From: Betaproteobacteria bacterium
GTDB lineage: Bacteria; Pseudomonadota; Gammaproteobacteria; Burkholderiales; Rhodocyclaceae
Assembly (NCBI GenBank): GCA_009781175.1
Contig: WQYQ01000013.1
Span: 13,581-77,580, forward strand
Length of the DNA: 64,000 nucleotides
Reading direction: 5' to 3'
Positions 1 to 9,794 of this stretch are shown piece after piece. Position 1 is the first letter of the stretch; every line of letters begins with the position of its first letter. Both the position numbers and the translations under genes were made by a program. The notes under the pieces were generated by a model. The model was not told where the DNA came from. It ran no database searches and saw only the letters and a program-made list of their open reading frames with translations.

Positions 1-438
1 TCGTGACCGTGGCGGGAGTGGGCCGGGGCGGTAAGGAAACGGATGTTCAGATCAAGAACACGGCGCTCGATGCCTACCGCGGCAAGCGCGCCCGTAAAGG
101 GGGGGTAATCAGTCCGAAACTGAAGCCGAGCGGTTTGAGCTGAAACCCAGGATGGAAGGGAGTTCGAGATCGCGCGCAACGATGCGGCGCGCTGGGTTTT
201 GTAAAACTCGGCCCTAAATGTCTTCCACGGGACAAATGGATGCCATCCTTGGATGGGTTCATGGATACACTTCGTACACGTCACTTTGATTGATGACGGC
301 ATAAATAAAAATCGCCAATCACTGGATACTGCGCCAGTCTGTGATTCGGGCCAAAGGTTGTGGGAGGAGTAACAAGAATTAGCCGCAAGGGGACAGCGGT
401 CAGAACGGAGTAAGCATGTTTCATGCGGCCGGTTTGAA

Positions 439-470
439 GGCCGGATTCTGAGAAGAATCCGGCCTTTTGT
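439..470 (+). terminator. Intrinsic terminator (GGCCGGATTCT-GAGA-AGAATCCGGCC + T-rich tail), probably bidirectional
   Basis: Perfect 11-bp stem at 439-449/454-464 followed by TTTTGTCTTTTT; lies just past the minus-strand stop at 475. Confidence 0.75.
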
Positions 471-474
471 CTTT

Positions 475-1620
475 TTACTGGGCCGCAGCAGCAAGCCGGG
501 CGAGACCGGCTTCCAGGGTGGAGGCCGGGCAGCCGAAATTCAGGCGCACGAAACCCGGTGCGCCGAAGTCTTTTCCATTGGATAGCGCCAACCCGGCTTG
601 CTCAAAATGGGCGCAGGGATCGGCGATGCTACGCTCGCGCATCCAGTCGCGGCAATCGATCCAGGCCAGATAGGTTGCTTCGACCGGCGTGGTGCGCAAA
701 CCGGGTAGTTTGGCGATCTGGGATTCGACGCGGGCCGCATTGCGGCGCAGCACATCGAGCAGGGCGAGTCGCCAGGGTTCCCCATGACGGAACGCCGCTT
801 CGAGCGCGACGAGGCCGAGCAGGTTCGCATGCGGCACGATGCCCGCCATCGTCGCCGTGAAGCGATGGCGCAGCTGCGCGTCGGGAATGATCGCGAACGA
901 AGCACCGAGGCCGGGGATATTGTAGGTCTTGGAGGGCGCCATCAGCGTGATGCTGCGCTGCGCGAGCGCGGGGCATGCCGCGGCGAGCGGGGTATGTTTC
1001 CGCGCGGGGTCGAGGATCAGATCGCAGTGAATCTCATCCGAGCACACGATGAGATCATGCCGTTCGGCAAGCGCGCCGATTTGCGCAAGCTCGTCTTCGC
1101 GCCAGGCGCGGCCGACCGGATTGTGCGGATGGCAAAACAGCCATAGGCGGTGGCCGGGCAAGGCGCGGTCCAGCGCATCGAAATCCCAGCCCCAGCCGTG
1201 TTCGCCTCGTTCGAGCGCGAGCGTGCCGACTTTGCGCTGGGCCAGGCGCGGCGCGTTCAAAAAGGGCGGATAAACGGGCGTCGCGCTGAAGACGGCTTCG
1301 TCGTCGCGCGTGAAGGCGCGCACGGCGACATTCAGCGCCGAAACCAAACCCGGCAGCCAGACGATCCAGTCGGGTTGAATCGACCAGGCGTATTGGCGTT
1401 GCAAGTGCGCGCAGACGGCCTCGTGCTGCGAGGGCGTCGCGCTGGTGTAGCCGAAATGTCCGGCGGCGACGGCCGTGTGGAGCGCGTCGATCACCGGCGG
1501 CGGTGCGGCGAAATCCATATCCGCGACCCACATTGGAATCACATCGCGGCCCGCATAGCGGCTCCACTTCTGCGCGTGGGGGTTGCCGGCGAGCGGCAGG
1601 GGCGTATCGAAATCGAACAT
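475..1620 (-). CDS. MalY/PatB-family PLP-dependent aminotransferase / cystathionine beta-lyase
   Basis: Motifs PMWVADMDF, CHPHNPVGR, SDEIHCDL, APSKTYNIPGL (PLP lysine), TYLAWID, FVRLNFGCP. Confidence 0.92.
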   Translation of the reverse strand: MFDFDTPLPLAGNPHAQKWSRYAGRDVIPMWVADMDFAAPPPVIDALHTAVAAGHFGYTSATPSQHEAVCAHLQRQYAWSIQPDWIVWLPGLVSALNVAVRAFTRDDEAVFSATPVYPPFLNAPRLAQRKVGTLALERGEHGWGWDFDALDRALPGHRLWLFCHPHNPVGRAWREDELAQIGALAERHDLIVCSDEIHCDLILDPARKHTPLAAACPALAQRSITLMAPSKTYNIPGLGASFAIIPDAQLRHRFTATMAGIVPHANLLGLVALEAAFRHGEPWRLALLDVLRRNAARVESQIAKLPGLRTTPVEATYLAWIDCRDWMRERSIADPCAHFEQAGLALSNGKDFGAPGFVRLNFGCPASTLEAGLARLAAAAQ

Positions 1621-1635
1621 ATGGGGAATCCTGAA

Positions 1636-1677
1636 AAACGCAGCGCGCTACCGGGGTGTACGGTAGCGCGCTTTTTT
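1636..1677. terminator. Hairpin AGCGCGCTACC...GGTAGCGCGCT between cysK and malY/patB
   Basis: 11-bp inverted repeat at 1642-1652/1662-1672 with A- and T-runs on the flanks. Confidence 0.55.
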
Positions 1678-1697
1678 GTCGTTTGCGTGTGCTGGGC

Positions 1698-2630
1698 TTA
1701 AGTTTGTAGATGTTCGTACAGCGGGGTCGAAAGATAGCGTTCGCCGAAGGACGGAATGACGACAACGATGAGCTTGCCGGCGTTTTCCGGGCGCTTGGCG
1801 ACTTCGAGCGCGGCCCAGATCGCGGCGCCGGAGGAAATGCCGACGAGCAAGCCTTCCTCGGTTGCCGCGCGGCGCGCGAATTCGAAAGCGTCGGGACTCT
1901 TCACGCGAATCACTTCATCGTAAATTTTGGTGTTCAACACTTCGGGAACAAAGCCCGCGCCGAGGCCCTGAATCGGATGCGGGCCGCGTTGCCCGCCCGA
2001 AAGTACCGCACTGGCGTCGGGTTCGACCGCAATGATCTGCACGCCCGGTTTGCGCGCTTTGAGTACTTCGCCGACGCCGGTGACGGTGCCGCCCGTGCCT
2101 ACGCCGGCAACGAAGATATCGACCTTGCCATCGGTATCGTTCCAGATTTCCTCCGCGGTGGTATTGCGGTGAACTTCCGGGTTCGCGGGGTTATTGAATT
2201 GTTGCGGGATGAAGTAACGGGAATCCGCCGCGGCCATTTCTTCGGCGCGCTTGATCGCGCCGGGCATGCCTTCCGGCCCCGGCGTCAGGATCAGTTCGGC
2301 GCCATAGGCTTTGAGCAAGAGGCGGCGTTCGCGGCTCATGGTTTCCGGCATCACGATCGCGAGCTTGTAGCCGCGCGCGGCGCAGACCATCGCCAGCGCG
2401 ATGCCGGTATTGCCCGAAGTGGGTTCGAGAATAATCGTGTCCGGCTTGATTTTTCCGTCGCGTTCGGCGGCGTCGATCATCGAAACGCCGATACGGTCTT
2501 TCACGCTATGGGCCGGGTTGAAGTATTCGAGTTTCGCCGCGACCGTCGCCTTCAGGCCGGCGGTCAAGCGGTTGAGCTTCACTAACGGCGTGTTGCCGAT
2601 GAGTTGGGTGATGTCCTGGGCGATACGCAT
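1698..2630 (-). CDS. cysK: Cysteine synthase A
   Basis: [19 protein letters not shown] (PLP Lys), [37 protein letters not shown]; start set at MRIAQ (ATG 2630). Confidence 0.96.
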   Translation of the reverse strand: MRIAQDITQLIGNTPLVKLNRLTAGLKATVAAKLEYFNPAHSVKDRIGVSMIDAAERDGKIKPDTIILEPTSGNTGIALAMVCAARGYKLAIVMPETMSRERRLLLKAYGAELILTPGPEGMPGAIKRAEEMAAADSRYFIPQQFNNPANPEVHRNTTAEEIWNDTDGKVDIFVAGVGTGGTVTGVGEVLKARKPGVQIIAVEPDASAVLSGGQRGPHPIQGLGAGFVPEVLNTKIYDEVIRVKSPDAFEFARRAATEEGLLVGISSGAAIWAALEVAKRPENAGKLIVVVIPSFGERYLSTPLYEHLQT

Positions 2631-2743
2631 GGTTTGTCTCCACATGGACCGGGTAAAAACCGGATGATGCTTGAATTCTAGGGTGCCGCCGCCAAGTCTG
2701 CGAAGTGTCTTGCAGGCATAAGCTCAGATCGAAGAAATGAAAA

Positions 2744-2760
2744 TGCAATATATTTTTGCA
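2744..2760. promoter_or_regulatory. Palindromic operator-like site TGCAA-N7-TTGCA in the divergent cysK intergenic region
   Basis: TGCAATATATTTTTGCA with an AT-rich spacer; the regulator is unknown. Confidence 0.35.
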
Positions 2761-2781
2761 ATCCTCAAGTCCGGATGTGCA

Positions 2782-2810
2782 TTGACGTTATTAGAATCGT
2801 GGGCTAGAAA
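2782..2810 (+). promoter_or_regulatory. Candidate sigma70 promoter TTGACG-N17-TAGAAA
   Basis: Near-consensus -35/-10 with 17-bp spacing, upstream of ORF 2883. Confidence 0.5.
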
Positions 2811-2882
2811 AATAATAAATCTATCAATCCCGGCAATAGTGGGCTTCCCTCAACCCGAATCGTTCGCTGGAGTGGCCAAACC

Positions 2883-3080
2883 GTGGACAACAAGCCGGTT
2901 GTAAATATAGATACATCCCCCTTTTTTGTCCTGCCGGCGCAGGGCGTTAATCCCGAACTCTTCAGCTCTGCCGGAGAGGGGGAGTCTCTTTTCGACGAAT
3001 CCGTGCCGGAGGGCTTGTTTCTCTCCGATCGCGATATCGGCGAACTCGGCGTGGTTTCGGACGACTGGGATTGGGTCTGA
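2883..3080 (+). CDS. Small, highly acidic hypothetical protein (65 aa)
   Basis: GTG start with GGAG about 11 nt upstream and a candidate promoter; 14 D/E versus 2 K/R; ends DDWDWV. Confidence 0.45.
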   Translation: MDNKPVVNIDTSPFFVLPAQGVNPELFSSAGEGESLFDESVPEGLFLSDRDIGELGVVSDDWDWV

Positions 3081-3168
3081 GCGGATAGCGTTAGTAAAAC
3101 TCCCCCTGCAAACGCCGCGCGAACCCTCATTCGCCGAAGGAAGCGTTTTGCGCGGTATAGTCCGCCGC

Positions 3169-3633
3169 ATGCTTCCCAATTCGTTCGTGTTGCCCGATCG
3201 GCCGCGCGTGGTGCTCGATACCAATACCGTGCTTGCGCTGTGGTTGTTTGAAGATCCTGGACTGGTCCGTTTGCGTGCGGCGCTGGCCGCTGGCCGTTTT
3301 TGCTTGCTTGCGCGTGAAGACTGTCTCGAAGAATTGCGCCGCGTGCTGGCCTATCCGCAATTCAAGGTGGAGCCGGAACGCCAGGCGGTCTTGCTGGCGG
3401 AGTATCGTGCGCGGGTCGAATGTGTTGCCGCGACGGAAGCCATACAAGCTTTGCCGGCGTGCCGCGATAGCGACGATCAAAAATTCCTCGAAGCGGCCGT
3501 CCAAGGCCGGGCCGATTTGCTCGTTAGCCGCGACAAAGCCGTGCTGCGGGCCGGGCGGCACCGCTTGCTGCGCGAGCGTCTCAGGGTCATGACGCCGGAA
3601 CAGCTTGAGCAATTGATGAGACAAAACATCTAA
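3169..3633 (+). CDS. PIN-domain protein (putative toxin-antitoxin PIN family)
   Basis: RVVLDTN at the N-terminus, EELRRVLAYPQF, CRDSDDQKFLEAA, LLVSRDKAVL; start set at ATG 3169. Confidence 0.85.
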   Translation: MLPNSFVLPDRPRVVLDTNTVLALWLFEDPGLVRLRAALAAGRFCLLAREDCLEELRRVLAYPQFKVEPERQAVLLAEYRARVECVAATEAIQALPACRDSDDQKFLEAAVQGRADLLVSRDKAVLRAGRHRLLRERLRVMTPEQLEQLMRQNI

Positions 3634-3670
3634 AAACAAAGGGCAGATCTTTCAATCTGCCCTAGTTTGT
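3634..3670. terminator. Bidirectional terminator between PIN and efp
   Basis: GGGCAGAT-CTTTCA-ATCTGCCC stem with A- and T-rich flanks between convergent genes. Confidence 0.7.
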
Positions 3671-3690
3671 TCGCATTGCGCAAATACCGC

Positions 3691-4248
3691 TTACTTGACG
3701 CGGCTGCGGTATTCGTCGGTGCGGGTATCGATTTCGATCTTGTCGCCGATTTCGACGAAGGCCGGCACGGGCAGTTCGAAGCCGGTGCTGATCTTGGCGG
3801 GCTTCATGACCTTGCCCGAAGTGTCGCCTTTGACGGCGGGCTCGGTGTAGACGACTTCACGCACGACGCTGTTGGGCAATTCGACCGAAATCGCCTTGCC
3901 GTCGTAGAACACGACTTCGAGCGGCATGCCGTCGACGAGGTACTTGAGCGCTTCCTGCATGTTGTCCGCTTCGACTTCGTACTGGTGGTACTCGGTGTCC
4001 ATGAACACATACATCGGATCGGCGAAGTAGGAGTAGGTCACTTCCTTGCGGTCGAGCGTGACGAGTTCGAATTTGTCGTCGGCGCGGTAGACGGTTTCGG
4101 AGCCGGCGCCGGTCAAGAGATTCTTGAATTTCATCTTGACCACGGAGGCATTGCGGCCGGACTTGCTGTATTCGGCTTTCTGGACGACCAGCGCGTCGCT
4201 GCCGACCATTACGACATTGCCGGCGCGGAGTTCTTGGGCGAGTTTCAT
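3691..4248 (-). CDS. efp: Elongation factor P (Arg32 type)
   Basis: KSGRNASVV loop with Arg at the modified position; [10 protein letters not shown]; KIEIDTR. Confidence 0.97.
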   Translation of the reverse strand: MKLAQELRAGNVVMVGSDALVVQKAEYSKSGRNASVVKMKFKNLLTGAGSETVYRADDKFELVTLDRKEVTYSYFADPMYVFMDTEYHQYEVEADNMQEALKYLVDGMPLEVVFYDGKAISVELPNSVVREVVYTEPAVKGDTSGKVMKPAKISTGFELPVPAFVEIGDKIEIDTRTDEYRSRVK

Positions 4249-4309
4249 CGGAGCACCTGAAGATTAAAAACGGCGCCGCCTGGCGCCTGAGACAAATAGG
4301 GATAACTTA

Positions 4310-5455
4310 TTATTTTAGCTTGCTTTTTACGAAATCCGCCAGTGCTGACGCCAAGTCGGTCTGCCGGCTCAAGCGCTCGCTCCAGTCTCGCGCATGCCGC
4401 GTCAGCTCGGGCAAGGCGGAGACGAGACGCGGCCATGATTGCGCAAAAACCGGCGCGGATTCTCCGGCCGGGTTCCAGTCGGCATGGAAACCGCATAGAG
4501 CCGCCGTTGTCATAGCGCTTAAGTTTTCGGCGTAGCGTTCAAGAAACGCGGCGAGTTTTTCGAGATGCGCCGCCTCGTCTTGACGATAAATCTGCCAGAT
4601 GAATGGGCTGCCTGCCCATTGCGCGCGCACGAAGGAATCCTCGCCGCGTACAAAATTCAGATCACAAGCCCAGAGCAATAGGTCGTAAGTGGTTTGCGCG
4701 AGAAAAGGCAGTGTTTGCAGCGTCAGCTGCCCGCGTTGTAAGGCTTTGCCGCCGGCCACGAGCGGCGCGTCCGCCCAAGCGCGCACTTGTTGCGAAACGA
4801 GCCCTTCGGGCGCGGCGCACCAGATCGGCGTCGCGCCGGCCGCCCAAATGTCGAGCAGCGCTGGCAGAGCGTCGGTCCGGTAGGCGAAGAGCGATAACTT
4901 CAGCGCGTTTGTTGGCGGCGCGGCAATCTTCAGGTCTTGCCAAAGCTTGCTGGGGCCGTCCGTGCCGAGAAAACCCCGGCGTCGTTCGAGCAAGCCCACC
5001 TCGCGCAAAAGCCCGCCGGTACGCGCGTTGAAACCGGGGTAGAAAAACCACTGCGTCAGAGGCAGACGCGGATGCGGCGAGGGCAGGGCATGACAGCCTT
5101 CGACCCAGGTTTCGGCCGACAGATATTCGAGGTTGATCCACACCGGCGGCCGCGTGCTGCGCGCCATTGCGGCGAGGTAAGACGCGGGCACTGGCGCGCC
5201 GAAGGCTTCGATGACGACTTCCGCGCAGTCCTCGGGCGCGTCTTCCGCATGCCAGGGCTGAATCGCGATGCTGCCCGGCGCATACGTGGTCTCGCCGGAG
5301 CGCAGCGCGGACAAGACGTCCGGCTTGTCTATCCAAAGCCGGACGTGGAATCCGTGCTCGTTTGCCAACTGCCGCGCTAAACGCCAGCAAACGCCTGCGT
5401 CGCCGAAGTTGTCGACGACCTTGCAGAAAATATCCCAGGTCAGCGGTGCGGCCAT
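4310..5455 (-). CDS. earP: EF-P arginine rhamnosyltransferase
   Basis: WDIFCKVVDNFGDAGVCWRLARQL, NLEYLSAE, FFYPGF, NFVRGEDSFVRAQWAG; directly upstream of efp. Confidence 0.95.
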   Translation of the reverse strand: MAAPLTWDIFCKVVDNFGDAGVCWRLARQLANEHGFHVRLWIDKPDVLSALRSGETTYAPGSIAIQPWHAEDAPEDCAEVVIEAFGAPVPASYLAAMARSTRPPVWINLEYLSAETWVEGCHALPSPHPRLPLTQWFFYPGFNARTGGLLREVGLLERRRGFLGTDGPSKLWQDLKIAAPPTNALKLSLFAYRTDALPALLDIWAAGATPIWCAAPEGLVSQQVRAWADAPLVAGGKALQRGQLTLQTLPFLAQTTYDLLLWACDLNFVRGEDSFVRAQWAGSPFIWQIYRQDEAAHLEKLAAFLERYAENLSAMTTAALCGFHADWNPAGESAPVFAQSWPRLVSALPELTRHARDWSERLSRQTDLASALADFVKSKLK

Positions 5456-5648
5456 GTGGAACAAATCCAGAAACGAGCCTTCGATTGTCGCAGACCCGCG
5501 TTGCCGTAGCGGCATGTTATACGTGATGAATACCGTGACGGCTTACCCGTGCGGATTTCGTTGTTGGATTAAGTTGGGTTTAAGCGCTGACGTGATAATA
5601 AGCAACAGTGCTACGTGCCCCGTTTTGGGTATTCCATCGGTATATCAA

Positions 5649-8600
5649 ATGAATCTGCCCGCCTCGCCCGCAATTTTCGCTAGTCCGCACGATATTTTGC
5701 TTGGCCCCGACCGGCCCGACCTAATCCGCAACGAAGTCCTCGCAGATTTGCTCGAAGCGACGGCCGCGCGCGTGCCGGAAAAAACGGCCTTGATTTTCGG
5801 CGAGTATTCGCTGACTTACGCTGAACTCGACGCGGCGGCTGGGCGCGTAGCGTCGCGCCTGATCGAAGCGGGCGTGCGGCCGGGGCAACTCGTCGGACTG
5901 TGGTTGCCGCGCGGCTTGCCGCTGCTCGTCATGCAGGCCGGCATCGCCAAAAGCGGCGCGGGCTGGCTGCCCTTTGATGCGGATACGCCGGTCGAGCGCA
6001 TCGGCATTTGCCTGGAGGACGCGGGCGCTGTCGGTATCGTCAGTTGCGCCGCCTTGGCCGATGCGCTGGCGCCGCTGGGGCGGACGGTGTGGTGTGCCGA
6101 GGCGCTGGACGCGCCGCTCGACGGGCCGCCGTGCCGGCGCGAAGGCGTATCGCCCGCGCATCCGGCCTATGTCATCTACACCTCCGGCTCGACGGGCAAG
6201 CCCAAGGGCATCGAAATCAATCAGGGCAGCATCTGCCACTTTCTGCGCAGCGAGAACGCGGTGCTCGGCGTGTGTGGGGACGACCGCGTGTATCAAGGTT
6301 TTTCGGTCGCCTTCGACATGTCTTTCGAAGAGATCTGGATCAGCTACCTCGTCGGCGCCACGCTCTGGATCGCGCCGAAGGAACTCGCGACCGACCCCGA
6401 AGCCCTGCCGCGCGCGCTTGCCGCCAACCATGTCAGCGTGCTGCATGCGGTGCCGACGCTGCTTGCGCTGTTCGCCGAAGATCCGCCGAACCTGCGTCTG
6501 ATCAACCTCGGCGGCGAGATGTGTCCTGAAGCGCTCGTCGAACGCTGGGCCAAACCCGGCCGGCAAATCTTCAATACCTACGGCCCGACTGAGGCGACCG
6601 TTTCGGCCAGCCTGGCCGAGTTGAAGGCCGGCGAGCCGGTGACGATCGGCACGCCGCTGCCGAATTACGGCCTGCTCGTTATCGACGACCAGCTACGTTT
6701 GCTGCCGCGCGGAGAAACGGGCGAGTTGTGCATTACCGGGCCGGGCGTCGCGGCGGGTTATCTCGGCCGTGCGGATCTGACGGCGGAAAAGTTTCTGCCG
6801 AATCCCTGGGCGCACGTCGGCTGGGACACGCGCATGTATCGCACCGGCGATCTCGCGCGCATCGATACCGATGGCCGGGTGCAATGCCTGGGCCGCGCCG
6901 ACGATCAGGTGAAAGTGCGCGGCTTCCGTGTCGAACTCGGCGAAATCGAAGCCGTTTTGGCGCGCCAGCCCGGTGTGGGTACATGTGCGGTTGTGCTGCG
7001 TGAGGACGAGGGCATTGACCACGAGTTGAGCGCAAGCCCCGCCATTGATGGCGGGGTCAGCGAAACAAGCGTTACTGGCGCCGAAGGCGCCCCCGATTCG
7101 TGGCGAGGAAGCCCCAAGCTTCAGCTTGGGGCGACTCACGAACTCGTCGCCTTCATCGTCCCCGAAGCGGATGCCCTGCTTTCGGGCAGCGAACTGCGTC
7201 GGCACCTGGCAGAAGTTCTGCCGCCTTATATGGTGCCGGGGCGTTTCGAAACGCTTGCGCTGCTTCCGCGTTTGACTTCGGGCAAGATCGATCGGAAGGC
7301 GCTGCGCGCCATGCCGCTTGCAGCGCCGCAAGCGCCCGCGGGTGAATCCGACGTGGCGCAGAATCCGGTCGAGGAAACACTCTTCGCCGCATTGGCCCGG
7401 CTTTTCCCCGGCCAGCCGATCCGGCGCGAGGCGGATTTCTTCTCCGACCTCGGCGGCCATTCGCTGCTTGCCGCGCGGCTCGCGTCCGCCTTGCGCGAAG
7501 ATCCGCGCTTTGCCTCGCTGACGGTGCGCGACATCTATCAAACGCGCCGTATTGGGGCGATCGCGCAAGTATTGGTGCACGCGGCAGCGGCAAAACATGT
7601 CGTTCCCGATGCGGATTTCGCGCCGCCGCCGGCGCTGCGCCGCTGGCTGTGCGGTCTGGCGCAATTGCTCGCGGTGCCGCCGCTCGTCGCGCTCTACATG
7701 ATTCAATGGCTCGCGCCGTTCTTCACTTATCACTTCTATACCGGCGAGCCGGGCGATTCGATTCCGCTCGCGATCGGCATGTCGGCGCTGGTGTTCTGGA
7801 TCGCCACGCAGCTTGGCTTCGTCGTCGCGATTATCGGCAAGCGTCTGATTGCACCGAAGCTCAAACCGGGACGTTATCCGCTTTGGGGTGTGACTTACTA
7901 TCGCTGGTGGCTTGCGGACCGCCTCATTGAAGCCGCGCCGAACTATCTGATCGCGGGTTCTTCGCTGTTCGTCTGGTATCTGCGCGCGCTGGGCGCCAAG
8001 ATCGGCCGCGATGTGCAGATCGGCTCGATCACGCTGCGCGCGCCCGAATTGCTGAGCCTGGGCGACGGCGTGAGCATTGGCACGGCGGTCAACTTCGAGA
8101 ACGCGCGCGTCGAACGCGGCCAGCTTGTGCTCGGGCGCATCGAACTTGCACATAACGCGTGTGTGGGCTCTTACGCGGTTGTCGAAGGCAATACCTCGAT
8201 CGGCGAATTCGGCCACCTCGAAGGGCTATCGGCGTTGACCGACGGCGAACATCTGCCGGCGCATCGCGTCTGGAGCGGCTCTCCCGCGCGCGATGTTGGC
8301 GCCTTCGATCCGACCAGCCTGCCGCCGCGCCCGCAGCCGGGCAAATTGCGGCGTGGCGCGGAAAACCTGTGTTTCACCCTCGGCGCGATGCTGGTTTCGA
8401 TTCTGTTCTTCCTGCCGGTTTTCCCGGCTTTCATGCTGATCGACAGCCTTGACGATCTGGATGGTTTCCAATGGGCGCATAGCACCGCAGATATGGTTAC
8501 GGATCTGATGCGGGTCGGGAAATATTTCGTACTCGCCCTGCCCGCCAGTGCCTTGCTGGTTATCTGCACCGCCTTGCTCGCGGCGCTGATCCGCTGGAGT

Positions 8601-9794
8601 TTTATGCCGCGCCTGCGCGCGGGGCGCTTCCCCGTGCATGGTTGGACGTATGTATCCAAATGGCTCGTCAACCAGATTCAGGAAACCAGCCTCCAGTTTT
8701 TGCATGGCGTTTATGCCACGATTTATGCGCCGGTCTGGTATCGCCTGCTCGGCGCCAAGGTGGGCCGCGGCGCGGAGATTTCCACGGCCTTGGGCGTAGT
8801 GCCCGACATGCTGACGCTCGGTGAGGAGAGTTTTATTGCCGACGCAGTGCTGCTTGGCGACGAGGAAATCGATGGCGGCTGGATGACGGTGCGGCCGACA
8901 GTTGTTTCGCGCCGCAGTTTCATTGGTAACGGCGCCTATGTGCCCGATGGCACCGTGGTGCCTGAAAACGTGCTGATCGGCGTGCAGTCGCGCGCGCCGG
9001 CGAATGCCGCCATGCAAAGCGGCGATACCTGGCTCGGTTCGCCGCCGCTCAACCTGCCCGCGCGCGAGGCGCTGGCCGGATTCCCCGAGCATCTGACCTT
9101 CCGTCCGTCGCTGCCGCGGCGTATCGGGCGTGGCTTGGTCGAAGCCTTGCGTATCGTTGCGCCGCACGCGCTGGTGATTGCCGTGGGCTACACCGTCATC
9201 ATGGCGCTGATGCCGGCGGCCGCCCGCGGGGATTGGCTGACCGTTTGTGTCGGTCTGGCCGTGGCCGGTTTGCTCTATGGGGTCGGGGCGTTCCTCTTCG
9301 TCGTGGCACTGAAATGGCCGCTCGTCGGGCGTTATCGTCAGCGCTCCAGTCCCATGTGGACGCCTTTCGTATGGCTCTCCGAGGCCGTGACCAACCTCTA
9401 CGAAGGTATTGCCGTGCCCAACTTCCTGCGCTATCTGCGCGGAACGCCGTGGCTGCCGGTCGCATTGCGGATGCTGGGGGCGAAAATCGGTCACGGAGTC
9501 TATCTCGATACGACCGACATGACCGAATACGACTGTGTCAGCATTGGTGACCATTGCGAAGTCAATGCACTGGCGGGACCGCAAACGCATCTGTTCGAAG
9601 ATCGTGTGATGAAGATCGACCGGGTCAACATCGGCAGCAAGGTCACGCTCGGCGCGCGCAACACCGTGCTCTACGGTGCTTCGATCGGCGATGGTGTGCG
9701 GACCGGTCCGCTCACGCTTGTCATGAAAGGTGAAAAACTGCCGCCTGCAAGCGCCTGGGCAGGCTGCCCCGCAGCGCCGATGCATGCAGACTAA
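5649..9794 (+). CDS. Pls/PosA-family membrane-bound NRPS-like homopoly(amino acid) synthetase (A-T-TM/left-handed beta-helix domains)
   Basis: A-domain motifs YTSGSTGKPKG, FDMSFEE, NTYGPTEATV, YRTGDL, GRADDQVKVRGFRVELGEIE; T-domain DFFSDLGGHSL; three hexapeptide-like domains (LGAKIG...) separated by TM segments; no C or TE domain. Start set at ATG 5649. Confidence 0.92.
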   Translation: MNLPASPAIFASPHDILLGPDRPDLIRNEVLADLLEATAARVPEKTALIFGEYSLTYAELDAAAGRVASRLIEAGVRPGQLVGLWLPRGLPLLVMQAGIAKSGAGWLPFDADTPVERIGICLEDAGAVGIVSCAALADALAPLGRTVWCAEALDAPLDGPPCRREGVSPAHPAYVIYTSGSTGKPKGIEINQGSICHFLRSENAVLGVCGDDRVYQGFSVAFDMSFEEIWISYLVGATLWIAPKELATDPEALPRALAANHVSVLHAVPTLLALFAEDPPNLRLINLGGEMCPEALVERWAKPGRQIFNTYGPTEATVSASLAELKAGEPVTIGTPLPNYGLLVIDDQLRLLPRGETGELCITGPGVAAGYLGRADLTAEKFLPNPWAHVGWDTRMYRTGDLARIDTDGRVQCLGRADDQVKVRGFRVELGEIEAVLARQPGVGTCAVVLREDEGIDHELSASPAIDGGVSETSVTGAEGAPDSWRGSPKLQLGATHELVAFIVPEADALLSGSELRRHLAEVLPPYMVPGRFETLALLPRLTSGKIDRKALRAMPLAAPQAPAGESDVAQNPVEETLFAALARLFPGQPIRREADFFSDLGGHSLLAARLASALREDPRFASLTVRDIYQTRRIGAIAQVLVHAAAAKHVVPDADFAPPPALRRWLCGLAQLLAVPPLVALYMIQWLAPFFTYHFYTGEPGDSIPLAIGMSALVFWIATQLGFVVAIIGKRLIAPKLKPGRYPLWGVTYYRWWLADRLIEAAPNYLIAGSSLFVWYLRALGAKIGRDVQIGSITLRAPELLSLGDGVSIGTAVNFENARVERGQLVLGRIELAHNACVGSYAVVEGNTSIGEFGHLEGLSALTDGEHLPAHRVWSGSPARDVGAFDPTSLPPRPQPGKLRRGAENLCFTLGAMLVSILFFLPVFPAFMLIDSLDDLDGFQWAHSTADMVTDLMRVGKYFVLALPASALLVICTALLAALIRWSFMPRLRAGRFPVHGWTYVSKWLVNQIQETSLQFLHGVYATIYAPVWYRLLGAKVGRGAEISTALGVVPDMLTLGEESFIADAVLLGDEEIDGGWMTVRPTVVSRRSFIGNGAYVPDGTVVPENVLIGVQSRAPANAAMQSGDTWLGSPPLNLPAREALAGFPEHLTFRPSLPRRIGRGLVEALRIVAPHALVIAVGYTVIMALMPAAARGDWLTVCVGLAVAGLLYGVGAFLFVVALKWPLVGRYRQRSSPMWTPFVWLSEAVTNLYEGIAVPNFLRYLRGTPWLPVALRMLGAKIGHGVYLDTTDMTEYDCVSIGDHCEVNALAGPQTHLFEDRVMKIDRVNIGSKVTLGARNTVLYGASIGDGVRTGPLTLVMKGEKLPPASAWAGCPAAPMHAD
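7020..7139 (+). mobile_element. 120-bp non-autonomous IS200/IS605-type element inserted in frame in the NRPS A domain
   Basis: TGAC target (7016-7019); left guide CAAG + hairpin CCCCGCCAT-TG-ATGGCGGGG; right guide GAAG + hairpin CCCCAAGCT-TC-AGCTTGGGG; ends in TCAC; removal restores G-I-D-E-L-V-A-F. Confidence 0.8.

Noticed and set aside
1-302. Minus-strand open frame from ATG 302 running off the left edge
   Set aside because: No RBS or recognisable motifs; it is the antisense shadow of the plus-strand frame
2883-3080. RiPP gene cluster built on the W-x-W peptide
   Set aside because: No radical SAM, YcaO, lanthionine or transporter gene nearby; QueE is the queuosine enzyme
5268-5648. N-terminal 127-aa extension of the NRPS in the ORF track
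   Set aside because: Overlaps earP on the opposite strand and the promoter region; recognisable sequence begins at ATG 5649
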